Source of the DNA: Scyliorhinus canicula
Taxonomy: Eukaryota
Assembly: GCF_902713615.1 (NCBI RefSeq)
Contig: NC_052161.1
Location: forward strand, 42,545,908-42,609,907
Direction: 5' to 3'
Length of the DNA stretch: 64,000 bases
The position numbers and the translations under genes were made by a program. Shown here in pieces: positions 1 through 13,538 of this stretch. Each line of letters starts with the position of its first letter. The first letter of the stretch is position 1. The notes under the pieces are model-generated. The model worked only from the letters and a program-made list of their open reading frames with translations, had not been told where the DNA came from and did not search any database.

Positions 1-1830
1 ATATCGCGAAATACAAAGTCTTCTCCACTGTGGACCTCAAGTCCACCTATCACCAGCTCCCCATCCGCGCGAGTGACCGCAAGTACACCGCGTTCGAGGC
101 TGATGGGCGCCTCTACCACTTCCTTAGGGTTCCATTCGGTGTCACAAATGGGGTCTCGGTCTTCCAACGGGAGATGGACCGAATGGTCGACAAGTACGGA
201 TTATGGGCTACCTTCCCGTACCTCGATAATGTCACCATCTGTGGCCACGACCAGCAGGACCATGACATCAACCTCCGGAAATTTCTCCAAACCGCAAAAC
301 TCCTTAACCTCACTTACAATAAGAATAAGTGCGTGTTTAGCACCGACCGTCTAGCCATCCTCGGCTACGTAGTGCGTAACGGAGTGATAGGCCCCGACCC
401 TGAACGCATGCGCCCCCTGATGGAACTCCCTCTCCCCAATACCCTCAAATCCCTCAAACGCTGCCTGGGTTTCTTCGCATACTACGCCCAATGGTTTCCC
501 AATTACACCCACAAGGCCCGTCCCCTTATTCAGACCACGACCTTCCCGACGTCGACAGAGGCCAGGCCTTTAGCTGCATCAAAGCGGACATCGCAAAGGC
601 CACGATGCGCGCCATCGATGAGTCCCTCCCCTTCCAGGTCGAGAGCGACGCATCAGAAGTAGCTCTGGCGGCCACCCTGAACCAAGCGGGCAGACCCGTG
701 GCCTTCTTCTCCAGAACCCTCCAGGCTTCCGAGCTCCGCCACTCCTCAGTGGAAAAGGAAGCCCAGGCCATAGTCAAAGCTGTGCGACATTGGAGGCACT
801 ATTTGGTCGGCAGGAAGTTTACCCTCCTCACAGACCAACGGTCAGTGGCCTTCATGTTTGATAATGCACAAAGGGGCAAGATTAATAATGACAAGATCTT
901 ACGGTGGCGGATCGAGTTGTCCACGTACAACTATGAGATCTTGTATCGTCCTGGGAAGCTCAATGAGCCTCCTGATGCCCTGTCCCATGGTACCTGCGCC
1001 AGCGCACAGATAGACCGCCTCCGCTCCCTCCACGAAGACCTCTGCCATCCAGGGGTGACCCGTTTCTACCATTTCATAAAGGCCCGCAACCTGCCTTTCT
1101 CCATCGAGGAAGTCAGGACAGTAACTCGTGACTGCCACATCTGCGCGGAGTGCAAACCGCACTTCTACCGCCCCGAGCGCGCACATCTGATCAAAGCATC
1201 CCGCCCCTTCGAACGTCTCAGCATTGACTTCAAGGGGCCCCTTCCCTCTAGCAACCGCAACATTTACTTCCTGGCGGTAATCGACGAATACTCCCGCTTC
1301 CCCTTCGCCATTCCCTGCCCCGACATGACCACATCGACCGTCATTAAGGCCCTCCTCCCCATCTTCTCCCTGTTCGGCTACCCCGCATACATACATAGCG
1401 ATCGGGGGTCCTCATTTATGAGCAACGAGCTGCGTCAATTCCTGCTCAACAGGGGCATTGCCTCTAGCAGGACGACCAGCTATAACCCTCGGGGTAACGG
1501 ACAGGTCGAGCGGGAGAATGGTACCATCTGGAAGACCATACTACTGGCCCACCGGTCCAGAGATCTCCCTATTTCCCGATGGCAAGAGGTTATCCCCGAT
1601 GCCCTACATTCTATCCGCTCACTCCTCTGTACCACAACAAATCAGACACCTCATGAACGTCTTCTTGTTTTCCCCAGGAAGTAGGTCTCCGGATCCCCTC
1701 TCCTGACATGGCTGGCCGCCCCCGGACCCATCTTGCTCCGGAAGCATGTGCGGGTGCACAAGTCCGACCCGTTGGTGGAACAAGTCCAGTTACTCCACAC
1801 TAACCCGCAGTATGCGTACGTGGAGTACCC
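1..1830 (+). pseudogene. pol: Gypsy pol (RT, RNase H, integrase), disrupted
   Basis: Frameshift near 560; in-frame TAG at 1682-1684; integrase C-terminus continues in ORF 1733 (LRKHVR..DPLVEQVQLLHTNPQYAYVEYP). Confidence 0.9.
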
Positions 1831-2323
1831 GATGGTCGGCAGGACACGGTCTCCCTCCGGGACCTGGCACCCGCCGGCGTGCGGCCTTCCCCCCCTTCAC
1901 CACAGACCCCCCCCCCTGTTTTTTTCCCCCCAGCGCCCCACCCAGGCCACCCCTTTCCCATCCATGGCGTCTCCACCACCAGCCCGGGTGACGGAGACAG
2001 TTCAAGGACCATCACTCCCGGACAACAGGACATCAGCGGAACCACCACCATCGGCTGAACCAGCATCACCAACTCCACTGCGGCGGTCTGCCAGGACGTC
2101 ACAGGCAACGAAAAGGCTGATCGAGTCTATTTAATTTTCAACAACACCATGGACCTTGTATGGACAATATATACTATTGTTAAATGTCTGGGCCAGTGGG
2201 AAGCCAAACCCTTTTTTTCCCTTCTCTGGCTACTACTCATACCACCAGTTCTCCCCCCCCCTCCCCCCCCTCCAGCTCTCGTTGATACCCCTCCCCCCGG
2301 TTTCTTTCTCCGCAAGGGGTGAA

Positions 2324-2609
2324 TGTGGTGGTATGATTAACATAGCTGCCTGCCATTGGTGCAGAACACCAGCTTACCATTGGCCCTGGTCGGTCATGTG
2401 CCTCTCGACCGATTGGTTGAGATCAGTCATGTGACGGCTCCCCGATTGGTCAAGAGGCTGAGTTAACCCCGCCTCCAGGGTGAGGTATAAATACCCAGCA
2501 CGGCCTGCGGTCGGCCATTTACTGTAGTCGACCGCAGGGCTAACACCTAGCTTATTAAAGCCTAACTTTTGTACAGCAACTCGTCTCGCGTTCAATTGAT
2601 GGTTGATTA
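2324..2609 (+). repeat. 3' LTR of Gypsy element
   Basis: Starts TGTGGTG after PPT; TATAAATA at 2486; ATTAAA at 2554-2559; end (GATGGTTGATTA) resembles the end of the second copy's LTR (GATAGCGCATCA). End approximate. Confidence 0.85.
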
Positions 2610-3460
2610 GCAAGCTTGTGTGGTGCTGTGAGCTGAGTTCACCACACTCTGCAGCTTCTTGCGATTTTACAGTGAGTGCACAGAGGTGTCAGACAGGACT
2701 TTGGGTTGCAGGACTCAGCAGCAGATGGAACATGTGCACAGAATGTGTGCCAGCACTTCATGCTCTGAACCTTCTATCGGTTTCAGGACATCCTGCTTGT
2801 TAACCATTTACTTAGGAGGAGCAGGAGCTGGTATCGGCAAGAATGCTCCCAAACAGCTCATGCATCCATTGGGAAGGCACTCCATCCTTCTGTCTAACTG
2901 CAAGGGAAGAACGTTCACAACTGGAGGGAACATGTCCAGACGGGAGGTAGCCTGTCCAACATTAGAGTCCTCAACCCTGTCAAGGAGGAGTGCACCAAGC
3001 TAGCTGGGAATGATCAGGATCATGCCTGTACAGAAGGTGAGAGAAGGCACTTCCAGGAAGCTGTTTAGGATGCCCTAAGTCTGCAGTTGCCAGATGTGCT
3101 GGCTGAGTGAGACATGCATTAATAAGGGAGCCTGTGTAGTTATTCACTCATCTTTCTTTTCTCTTTTCCAGGTGCCAGCAAGAAAAGGCTGAACAGTGGT
3201 GTTTGTTGGTAACACATAACTATTACACATATACATAAGTATAGCCCAGACTAGGAGCAAACTTTAGCTGCCTTCTCCTTGACTCTTCCCTACAACTCTG
3301 TCTGTTAATTACTGTCATATATCTCCCTACATACTCATACTGAGGTACTACTCTCCAGGCAACAGTAGCCCTTGCTATGTTGAGAAAACCCTTATACTAC
3401 AACTCCCCCAAGTCTATACCCAACATATTGACAATAAAAGTTTTCTTTACTTACCAGCAA

Positions 3461-3555
3461 TCCCCCCCCCCCGCACCCCCCCCGCACCCGCCCCCCCCCC
3501 CGCGCCCCCCCCCCCCCCTGCCCCCCACCCCCACCCCCCACCCCCCACCACCTCC
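3461..3555. repeat. Poly-C / C-rich low-complexity tract
   Basis: Direct reading. Confidence 0.9.
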
Positions 3556-4267
3556 AGCCAACACTCAGATCTCTGACTTTATAAAGTCAGACAGCCTGGA
3601 GGTTTGATAACTCTTGCAGATATAATTCTGGTTGCATTTGGAAGAGTGGTATATCAGTTGTTTTCGGCAACTGGAGTTGGTTTGGAGTTGAAATTTTAAT
3701 ATACTGTGTTTTAGCACTTGGTTGGCTCCACCTGATTCATTTTTTGTGCTCCTTGGGGTTAAACCTTTCTTTATTATCATCAACCCATTTGCTTTGTTCA
3801 GGCACCACAGACGTGTCCTGTTTCTTCCAGAGGGAGTATTCACTCTGTCCCTTCATAGTATGAACATGGGATTTCTATTTCCATCGGGTTCACCATGAAC
3901 TTTCTAAGAGTTCCTCATTCATGAGCTCAGCCTGCAGTTTGGCTTTTCTTGCCATATTGTGATCTTTCCTGTGCCCTTGCACCTCATTGAGGTAGGCTCT
4001 GGTGAGCTGAAGGTTGCTTCTTTCCTGCTCCAGCATCACCTTCCTACTGTGTACTATTGTTGGAAATTTCAGTTTTGTTTCTATAGTATTCCCAGGTTGT
4101 CTGACAGCAACTGTTGGAACCTGATATCTGAGCTTGGGGTTTATTGTTCTGTTGCTGGTTATTCTCAATGGTGTCTTCCACTTGAAGTATGGTGATAATC
4201 ATCTCAAGGTTTGGCTGGTCTGACCAAAGAGCAACTTCTGCCACATGCAAGAATGTTTGAAAACCAG

Positions 4268-5026
4268 GGGCGGGATTCTCCCCTACCTGGCGGGGCGGGG
4301 GGTCCTGGCGGGATGGAGTGGTGTGAACCACTCCGGCGTCGGGCCGCCCCAAAGGTGTGGAAGTGTCTTTGGAGCGGCCCGACGCCTGAGTGGTTCACCA
4401 AGGTGGAAGTCTCCGCACCTTTTGGGGCCAAGCCCAAACATTGAGGGCCTAGGCCCGCGCCGGAGTGGTTGGCGCCCCGCCGGCTGGTGGGAACGGCCTT
4501 TGGCACCACGCCAGCTGGGGCCAAAGGGACTTCGCCGGCCGGCGGAAGTCCGTGCATGCGCCGGAATGTCAGTGGCTGCTGACGTCATCCCCGCACATGG
4601 GCAGGGGAGTGGTTCACTTCCACCTCCGCTATCGTGAAGACTATGGCAAAGGCGGAAGGAAAAGAGTGCCCCCACGGCACAGGCCTACCCGCCGATCGGT
4701 GGGCCCCGATCGCGGGTCAGGCCACCGTGGGGGCACCTCCCAGGGCCAGATAGCCCCCCCCCAGGACACCGGAGCCCGCCCGTGTCACCTGGTCCCGCCG
4801 GTAAGGTAGGTGGTTTGATTCACGCTGGCGGGACCGGCATGACAGCGGTGGGACGCCGGCCCATCGCGGGCCGGAGAATCGCCGCAGGGGAGCCCGCCGA
4901 CAGGCGTGCGCGATTCCCGCCCCCGCCGAATCTCTGGTGCCGGAGACTTCGGGAGACGGTGGGGGCAGGATTCACGCCGGCCCCCGGCGATTCTCCGACC
5001 CAGCGGGGGGTCGGAGAATCCCGCCC
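4268..5026. mobile_element. Non-autonomous PIF/Harbinger element (MITE family A)
   Basis: Perfect 14-bp TIR GGGCGGGATTCTCC/GGAGAATCCCGCCC; TSD CAG (4265-4267, 5027-5029); GC/CpG-rich with internal palindromes. Confidence 0.85.
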
Positions 5027-5429
5027 CAGCTCTGTGAGGGGTGAAGACAATTCAGAGCGAAAGTCCCAGTCGAGAGTCTTTTCACTAGTGAATCTCTCGG
5101 CAATTTGCAGTTCCAAATGGTTGACGACAGAGATTGTTTTGACATTTACTGCTGTTTTGAGAAGGTCAACAGCAATGCATGCATCCCTGTGAGAGAGAAA
5201 ATGATTGGTTTTAGATGATGTGCAAATTCGTGAATCATAGCTTTTACAGTGCAGAACGAGGTCATTCAGCCCATCGAGTCTGCACTGGCCCTGAATATTC
5301 ACTTGTCGCTGTACCAAAGCGGTTCAAGGATCATGGTTATGACTGGAAGTCGGATTCCTTTCGGGCCATTGGTGTTTCTGGTGTTCATCATCAAACATCT
5401 TTCAGTTAAGTGTCCTTATTAGTGTCGTA

Positions 5430-6245
5430 GAGGGGTCTGCAGCACAGAAAAGGCCCTTCGGCCCATCTCGTCTGTGCCAGACAAAAACAACCACCTAACT
5501 ATTCTAATCCCACTTTCCAGCACTTGGCCCATACCCTTGTATGCCTTGGCATCGCAAGTGCACATCTAAATACTTCTTAAATGCTATGAGGGTCTCTACC
5601 TCCACCATCCTTTCAGGCAACGAATTCCAAACTCCCACCACCCTCTGGGTAAAAAGGCTTTTCCTCACAACCTCTCTAAACCTCCGGCCTCTTACCTAAA
5701 ATCTATGCCCCCTGGTCATTGCCCTCTCCACCAAGGGGAAATGTTTGTTCTGTCTACTCTATCAATGCCCCTCATAATTTTATACATCTCAATCATGTCG
5801 TCCCCCCCCCCTCAGTCTTCAGTCTTCTCTGCTCCAAGGAAAACAATCCTAGTCTATTCAATCTCCCTTCATAATTAACACTCTCCAGCCCAGGCAACAT
5901 TCTAGTAAATCTCCTCTGCACCCTTACCAGTACTACCACATCTCTCCTACAATTTGCATTTCAGAACTGCACACAATACTCTAGCTCTGGCCTAACCAAC
6001 ATTTCATATAGTTCCAGCATAACCTCCCTGCTCTTAAACTCTATGCCTAGGCCAATGAAGGCAAGTGTACCATATGCCTTCTTAACCACTGTATCTACCT
6101 GCTCTTCTACCTTAAGGAACCGGTGTATGTGCACAGCAAGATCCCTCTAATCCTTGGTGCTTCCCATGGCCCTGCCGTTTATCATGTATCCCCTCGCCTA
6201 GTTTGTCCTGCCCAAGTGCATCACCTCACACTTATCGGGACTTAT
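5430..6245 (-). mobile_element. CR1 LINE 3' fragment
   Basis: Minus strand resembles the CR1 ORF2 C-terminal region and 3' tail (GGGCCGAAGGGCC..TCTGTGCTG). Confidence 0.8.
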
Positions 6246-9200
6246 TGTTTCCCGTGTCTAATTCAAAATTGGTGAGATGGCTGTTTATGGCGATGTTAGC
6301 ATTCCAAAAGGAAAATCCAAGATCCATGATTTCACCGAAGAAACACAAACTTTGACATTTAATTACTCCTTTACATATGGCAGGCAGGCTGCTGACTTTA
6401 GTGCTCCCCTATCGAGAATATTATGGGAGTGAGCTCAGGGGTGGGCGGGAAGGTGGTGCTGATCACACAACCTGTATGTGCTCATCCCGCTGAGCGTGGG
6501 CAGGTAAAATCCAACCCTAAAGTTCGAACGTTCAAAATGCATCTACTGTGAGGAAAACAGATTCTGACACAGCTCTCTTTGGCAAGATCGGAACACAACA
6601 CACTGAAAGATTCATTTTGAGAGAGAAAAAAAATCTACAACACGAAACTGGACTTTTGACTAGATGTTCAAAGAGTTAAGTGAAGGTTTTTGTTCTAACA
6701 TTTTGGGTCTGCCTCAGACAGTTGTTCACTGGAATGTTAGTCATCCCTATTGAGGCTCTGAGTACCTCATGTTCAGCGGTGTGTCAATGCTGCTTAATAT
6801 CAAATTATATGATAGCATAATTCAGATACCCCCTTATAATTTGAACTAGACATCATGAAATGAAAAACATCAGGAGCAAGTTTGACTTTTATCACCAGGT
6901 GATAAATAGGCGGTAGTGAATTAACCATCTGTTTTACAGCCCTGCCGATTATCTTTTCCATTTAAGTCAAAGGCTCAGCCATGGAATGAAATGGGGGCAG
7001 CCAAAACACCCGCTTTTCACATGGCAATAAAAGTTGAATTTAACCCATGTCCAGCACATGCTGTCCTGCACTACTCCGAACTTTTCAAACGTGAAATAAG
7101 GCTAAATAGAAATTGTTAACCCTAAAAGCAAATCCCACTTACTTTAGTCAATCTCACCTCTCACCTTGAAAATATGGGAATAGATAGCAAACCGCATGTC
7201 AGTGCCTCCTGGAGGCTGATTTGCTTCTTTTTAGGTTGCCATTTTCTCAAACAAGTCTAACTGTGAAACATGGCCACCTGCATTTTTAGTTTCCACGTCC
7301 AAGCCCGGGACTGTGTATCACGATCCCTCTGCTTAATACCTGCCCCTCTCGTTTTTTTTTTGATTTGTGTCAGTTGAGACACTAACTTCCTCCATATGTT
7401 AATTTTCTAGCAGTAGTGTCAGTAACCATGGTTACCCCTCCATTCCTTCAGGTGTGAGTGTTAAAGAGGCCACTTCCTATTCTCAAGATGAATTGGGCCA
7501 CCCTGGTGAAAGGGATGAAACAATTGACCCTCAATTGTCGGTTTGAAGCAGACCGTGAGTTGTAACAAGTGACAAACTGGCTCATCTATCTTTCATGCCT
7601 GTTGTCTTTGGCTTGTCCCATTTTAAATTAGGGGAATTCACTTTGTTTCGAAGTTCTGTGAAGAAATTAGAGACAATCAAGAACGCTAATAGATGACAGT
7701 TCTGTGAAGCAATTATTTGAAAAGGGAGATAGTGTTCGGAAATTCTGGAGAATATTTGTGTTGGCTCACTGCCTGTGGAATATCTGGAAATGGCCTAATC
7801 CAAAGTTGGACACAAACTATGACTACTGGGGAAAGTGGACCTTTTGCTGCAGCATAAACTTTACCGTGCATTTTATTCCCATTTGCAGGTACTGCCTTTT
7901 TATGCTTTAAAAGACTGTAACAGTAACCGGCTTCTCGGATTGTGCCAGCTAACATCCATTTCTTGAGGATAATTGAAAGTTTGCTTGAATGTTACTGCAG
8001 AGCGAACTCAAAGGTCATACAGCCATCTTGAATGTAAAGGTGAGTTGAATAATCAGCATGAACTGCTAGCATGCAGCAGCAGCGAGCAGCTTTAAGGGGT
8101 GTAGTTTTGGAGAATCATGTGGCCCATTTGGCCAATTGGGCTGAACAGTGAGAATCCTGGGGCTTGGCACGGCCTCTCCCAGGGCAGGTTGAGTGCTGGT
8201 CAAAGTCATAAGTAGAATCATTATTATTCTTGGCAACTAAGTTATTCTGTTCATAAATAATTCTATTGGCACTCTGCTTGGTGGTTGCCACTCCTTCCAA
8301 GACACTACATTTGGCGACAAGGATCAATGGAGCACTTTTCAGTAGCCATAGAGAACGGCAGAGCAGACCTGATGTGCAAGTCACTTGAAGTAGTCAGTGA
8401 GTTATCATAATGCCTCTATTCGGAGAGCTGGAGCCATGCAACCCTAATTCAGAAGATTGGGTTCAATACATTGAATGACTGTGATATTTCTTCAAAGCAA
8501 ATGAAATGGTGGGGAAGAAAAGCAGAGGGTAATATTGTTAACAATCTGTGGTGCCCAAACCTTTTAGTTGATAAGGAGCTTGACTTCCCTGGATGCCCTT
8601 GACACTAAAACCTTTGAAGAATTGATAGAAATAATAAAAGGTCATTCTCACCTAAAGCCCTGAGTGATTATGCAGAGATGTCAATTTAATTCAACAGCAA
8701 AAGCCCCTGGGGAGATGATAACAGCTTTAGTGGAGAGGTTGAGACAAACGGCTCAACATTGTGAATTTGGGTATATCCTTAATGAGATGTTGAGAGAGTG
8801 GCTAGATTGTGGGGTGAATAACTGCTGTACAGAAGAAACTGTTGGCAGATAACAGTAAAGAAGACATTAGAAACTGCCCTTGCTATGGTAAGTGCAGAAA
8901 AAGGATCGATGGAACTTCAAAGCGTGTAAGCTTGTGAGGTTCACCAGACATGGAGGGAAACTGCTAATGACAGAAGCACCAGAGATGTGGGCGAAGAGTT
9001 TAATGAACAAAGAAGTACAGAACCAGAGACAGTTCAGAGGTATAGGAGATTGAGTCTGCAAACTAACAATAGTGAAGAATGCTATTGATGTGGGGGAGCC
9101 CATCCCCGGGAGAAATGTAGGTTTAGGGAAGCTGTGTGTTATGCATGCCGCAGGTAGGGGCATATAAGAAGCAAGTGCAAGGCTAAACAGGACCTGCCCG

Positions 9201-9283
9201 GCGCTAAAAAACATTCCAGCTCCAGTGCATAGTGCAGAGAGTAATTCAGAAGAAGGATCAGATTTTTGATTTAGTTACATAAA

Positions 9284-12200
9284 TCACCATACTTCAAGTG
9301 GAAGTGCACCCAACTCCAGCTCCTCAGAGACCATGTTAGGGAACTGGAGCTGGAGCTGGATGAACTTCGGATCATCCGGGAGGCAGAGGGGGTTATCGAG
9401 AAGAGTTACAGGAAGGTAGCCACACCCAAGGTACTGGACAAGAGTAGCTGGGTTACAGTCAGGGGAAAGAAAACTAACAGGCAGACAGTGCAGGGATCCC
9501 TTGTGGCCGTTCCCCTTCAAAACAAGTATACCGTTTTGGATGCTGTTGGGGGGGGAATGACCTACCAGGGGAAGGCCCTAGCGGCCAGGTCTCCGGCACT
9601 GAGTCTGGCTCTGGGGCTCAGAAGGGAAAGAGGGAGAATAGAAAAGCTATAGTAATAGGAGATTCAATGGTTAGGGGAAAAGATAGGAAATTCTGTGGTC
9701 GCGAGCAAGACTCCCAGAAGGTATGTTGCCTCCCAGGTGCCAGGGCCAGGGATGTCTCAGATCGTGTCTTCAGGATCCTGAAGGGGGAGGGTGAGAAGCC
9801 AGAAGTTGTGGTGCACATTGGTATCAATGACGTAGGTAGGAAAAGGGGTGTGGAGGTAATAAACAAGTTTAGGGAGTTAGGCTGGAAGTTAAAGGCTAGG
9901 ACAGACAGAGTTGTCATCTCTGGTTTGTTGCCGGTGCCACGTGATAGCGAGGCTAGGAATAGGGAGAGAGTGCAGTTGAACATGTGGCTGCAGGAATGGT
10001 GCAGGAGGGAGGGCTTCAGGTATTTGGATAATTGGAGCGCATTCTGGGGAAGGTGGGACCTGTACAAGCAGGACAGGTTGCATCTGAACCGGAGGGGCAC
10101 CAATATCCTGGGGGGGAGGTTTTCTAGTAGTCTTCGGGAGGGTTTAAACTAATTTGGCAGGGGAATGGGAACCGGATTTGTAGTCCAGCAACTAAGGAAG
10201 CCAATATTCAGAATGCCAAAGCGTGTAGTGACGCAGTGGGGAAGGTAACACTGACAAAGGAGAGTACTTGCAGGCAAGGAGATGGGTTGACGTGTGTATA
10301 CTTCAACGCAAGAAGCATCAGGAATAAGATGGGTGAACTTAAGGCATGGATCGGTATTTGGGACTACGATGTGATGGCCATCACGGAAACTTGAATAGAA
10401 GAGGGGCAGAAATGGTTGTTGTAGGTCCCTGGTTATAGATGTTTCAACAAGATTAGGGAGGATGGTAAAAGAGGTGGGGGTGGCATTGTTAATTAGAGAT
10501 AGTATAACAGCTGCAGAAAGGCAGTTCGAGGAGGATCTGCCTACTGAGGTAGTATGGGTTGGTCAGAAATAGGAAAGGAGCAGTCACCTTGTTGGGAGTT
10601 TTCTATAGGCCCCCCAATAGCAGCAGAGATGTGGAGGAACAGATTGGGAAACAGATTTTGGAAAGGTGCAGAAGTCACAGGGTAGTAGTCATGGGTGACT
10701 TCAACTTCCCAAACATTGAGTGGAAACTCTTTAGATCAAATAGTTTGGATGGGGTGGGTTTTGTGCAGTGTGTCCAGGAAGCTTTTCTAACACAGTATGT
10801 AGATTGTCCAACCAGAGGGGAGGCCATATTGGATTTGGTACTTGGTAATGAACCAGGGCAGGTGATAGATTTGTTAGTGGGGGAGCATTTTGGAGGTAGT
10901 GACCACAATTCTGTGACTTTCACTTTAGTAATGGAGAGGGATAGATGCGCCCAACAGGGTAAGGTTTACAATTGGGTGAAGGGTAAATACAATGCTGTGA
11001 GACAGGAATTGAATTGCATAAGTTGGGAACATAGGCTGTCAGGGAAGGACACAAGTGAAATGTGGAACTTGTTCAAGGAACAGGTACTACGTGTCTTTGA
11101 TATGTATGTCCCTGTCAGGCAGGGAAGAGATGGTCAAGTGAGGGAACCATGGTTGGCAAGAGAGGTAGAATGTCTTGTTAAAAGGAAGAAGGAGACTTAT
11201 GTAAGGCTGAGGAAACAAGGTTCAGTCAGGGCACTGGAGGGATACAAGATAGCCAGGAGGGAACTGAAGAAAGGGATTAGGAGAGCTAAGAGCTAAGAGA
11301 GGGCATGAAAAGTCTTTGGCTTCAAGGAAAACCCCAAGGCCTTTTACAAATATGTGAGAAATATGAGAATGACTAGAGCGAGGGTAGGTCCGATCAAGGA
11401 CAGTAGCGGGAGATTGTGTATTGCGTCTGAAGAGATAGTAGAGGTCTTGAACGAGTACTTTTCCTCAGTATTTACAAATGAGAGGGGCCATATTGTTGGA
11501 GAGGACAGTGTGAAACAGACTGGTAAGCTCGAGGAGATACTTGTTAGGAAGAAAGATGTGTTGGGCGTTTTGAAAAACTTGAGGATAGACAAATCCCCCG
11601 GGCCTGACGGGATATATCCAAGGATTCTATGGGAAGCAAGAAATGAAATTGCAGAGCCGTTGGCAATGATCTTTTCATCCTCACTGCCAACAGGGGTGGT
11701 ACCAGGGGATTGAAGAGTGGCGAATGGCGTGCCCCTGTTCAAAAAAGGGAATAGGGATAACCCTGGGAATTACAGGCCAGTTAGTCTTACTTCGGTGGTA
11801 GGCAAAGTAATGGAAAGGATACTGACGGATAGGATTTCTGAGCATCTGGAAAGACACTGCTTGATTAGGGATAGTCAGCATGGATTTGTGAGGGGTAGGT
11901 CTTGCCTTACAAGTCTTATTGACTTCTTTGAGGAGGTGACCAAGCATGTGGATGAAGGTAAAGCAGTGGATGTAGTGTACATGGATTTTAGTAAGGCATT
12001 AGTAAGGTCCCCCTTGGTAGGCTTATGCAGGAAGTAAGGAGGCATGGGATAGTGGAAAATTTGGCCAGTTGGATAACAAACTGGCTAACCAATAGAAGTC
12101 AGAGAGTGGTGGTGGATGGTAAATATTCAGCCTGGAGCCCAGTTATCAGTGGCATACTGCAGGGATCAGTTCTGGGTCCCCTGCTGTTTGTGATTTTCAT

Positions 12201-12494
12201 TAATGACTTGGATGAGGGAGTTGAAGAGTGGGTCAGTAAATTTGCAGATGATACACAGATTGGTGGAGTTGTGGATAGTGAGGATGGCTGTTGTCGGCTG
12301 CAAAAAGACATAGATAGGATGCAGAGCTGGGCTGAGAAGTGGCAGATAGAGTTTAACCCTGACAAGTGTGAGGTTGTCCATTTTGGAAGGACAAATATGA
12401 ATGCAGAATACAGGGTTAACGGTAGGGTTCTTGGCAATGTAGAGGAGCAGAGAGATCTTGGGGTCTATGTTCATAGATCTTTGAAAGTTGCCAC
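9284..12494 (+). mobile_element. CR1 LINE (ORF1 with SGNH esterase, ORF2 APE endonuclease + RT), truncated at both ends
   Basis: ORF1 9667-10152 GDSMVRG..CLPGA..HIGINDV..DRLHLN; ORF2 pieces YRPPN, GDFNFP, LDLVL, SDHN, SPGPDG, NYRPVSLTS, QGSVLGP, FADDT. Several stops and frameshifts. Confidence 0.95.
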
Positions 12495-12721
12495 TTTCAA
12501 AGTAATGTAAATAGTTTAATGTTTTGTTGGTATGTGTTAAAGGGGACTTAAAGGAGGACAGATGTCGTAGTGAGCCCCTTCAAGGGGTGTGGTTTCGGAG
12601 GGTCACGTCACTCATTCAGCCAATTGGGTTGAAGAGTATGAATCCTGGGGCTGAGTGTGGGCTCTTCCAGGCAGTCTAGAAACTGGAGTTGAATCCCTCA
12701 TTATCATTCTCTGTAAACCCT

Positions 12722-13538
12722 GGGTGCGATCCAATCACCACACTGCACCTGAAAAGCAGTGCGCTGTGGTGTAGTGTGGCCGATAGAAGCCGGGAGGCCC
12801 CACTCCCCAGATCGATGCGGCTCACAACACCAGTGTGATCTTGCAAGACCTTTGTGATGTAAACCATGCCCATTGTGGGGGGATTACCTTTTGGCAAATC
12901 TGCATATTGGAGCGAGGCAGCTAGCCTCACTCTTATGTACAGATTCCTGAGGTAGCCCCGGCTTTGGGATTGATCCCCTTCACCTTGACACCTCGGGTGA
13001 GTGCCGTTCAGCACTAACCCCACAAATGGGGACCAGGCAGAACAGCACTCATGGGGGCCTCCCAGGGGATTGGAGGCCCCGAGCTGCATGCCCTTTGGGC
13101 GCTCTGACACTTCTGGTGTCACCTGGACACCATGGCACTAACAGTCTGGCAACTTGGCAGTGACAGCCTGGCACCCTGGCAGTGCCACCTGAGTGCCAGC
13201 CTGGAACTGCCAGGGTTCCCAGGTTGCACTGCCAGCTGGCATGGAGGATGCCATGTTAGCATTTTCTTGTGTGCAAGCGATCGGGCCAGGTGCCCTGTGT
13301 GGTGTTTGGGGCGGGGGACTCTTCCAGCTCGGGATGTCATTTAAAAATTACACTGGGGTGTTCCACTGAACAAACCGGGGCTATGTGTGACCTCAGACGC
13401 ACGTTCTTCGCTGTGGCCCCTTATACAACATGGGTCGTGTTGTGTAGCCATGTGTTTCTCGGCATTGTGAGCACTGGGAAATATGCGGCTAAACACGCTC
13501 GGTATGGGACTTTGTTCTTAATTAGTTGAATTGTGCCC
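12722..13538. mobile_element. Harbinger-type non-autonomous element (family B) inside the old Gypsy 3' LTR
   Basis: Imperfect TIR GGGTGCGATCCAA/TTGAATTGTGCCC; LTR sequence resumes after it; internal GGCAC/GTGCC repeats shared with 33296-33963. Confidence 0.65.

Larger units (their letters stand above)
1..2609 (+). mobile_element. Ty3/Gypsy LTR retrotransposon, 3' part (RT-RNaseH-integrase, PPT, 3' LTR); continues upstream of window
   Basis: ORFs 30-662 and 491-1684 carry RT (DLKSTYHQ..VPFG..YLDN), RNase H (ESDAS..EKEA..TDQ) and integrase (HHCC; SIDFKGP/HSDRG/VEREN). Purine tract 2312-2323 precedes LTR TGTGGTG. Confidence 0.95.

Noticed and set aside
3377-3607. Proline-rich ORF
   Set aside because: Translation of a poly-C tract; homopolymer lengths may also be sequencing-inexact.
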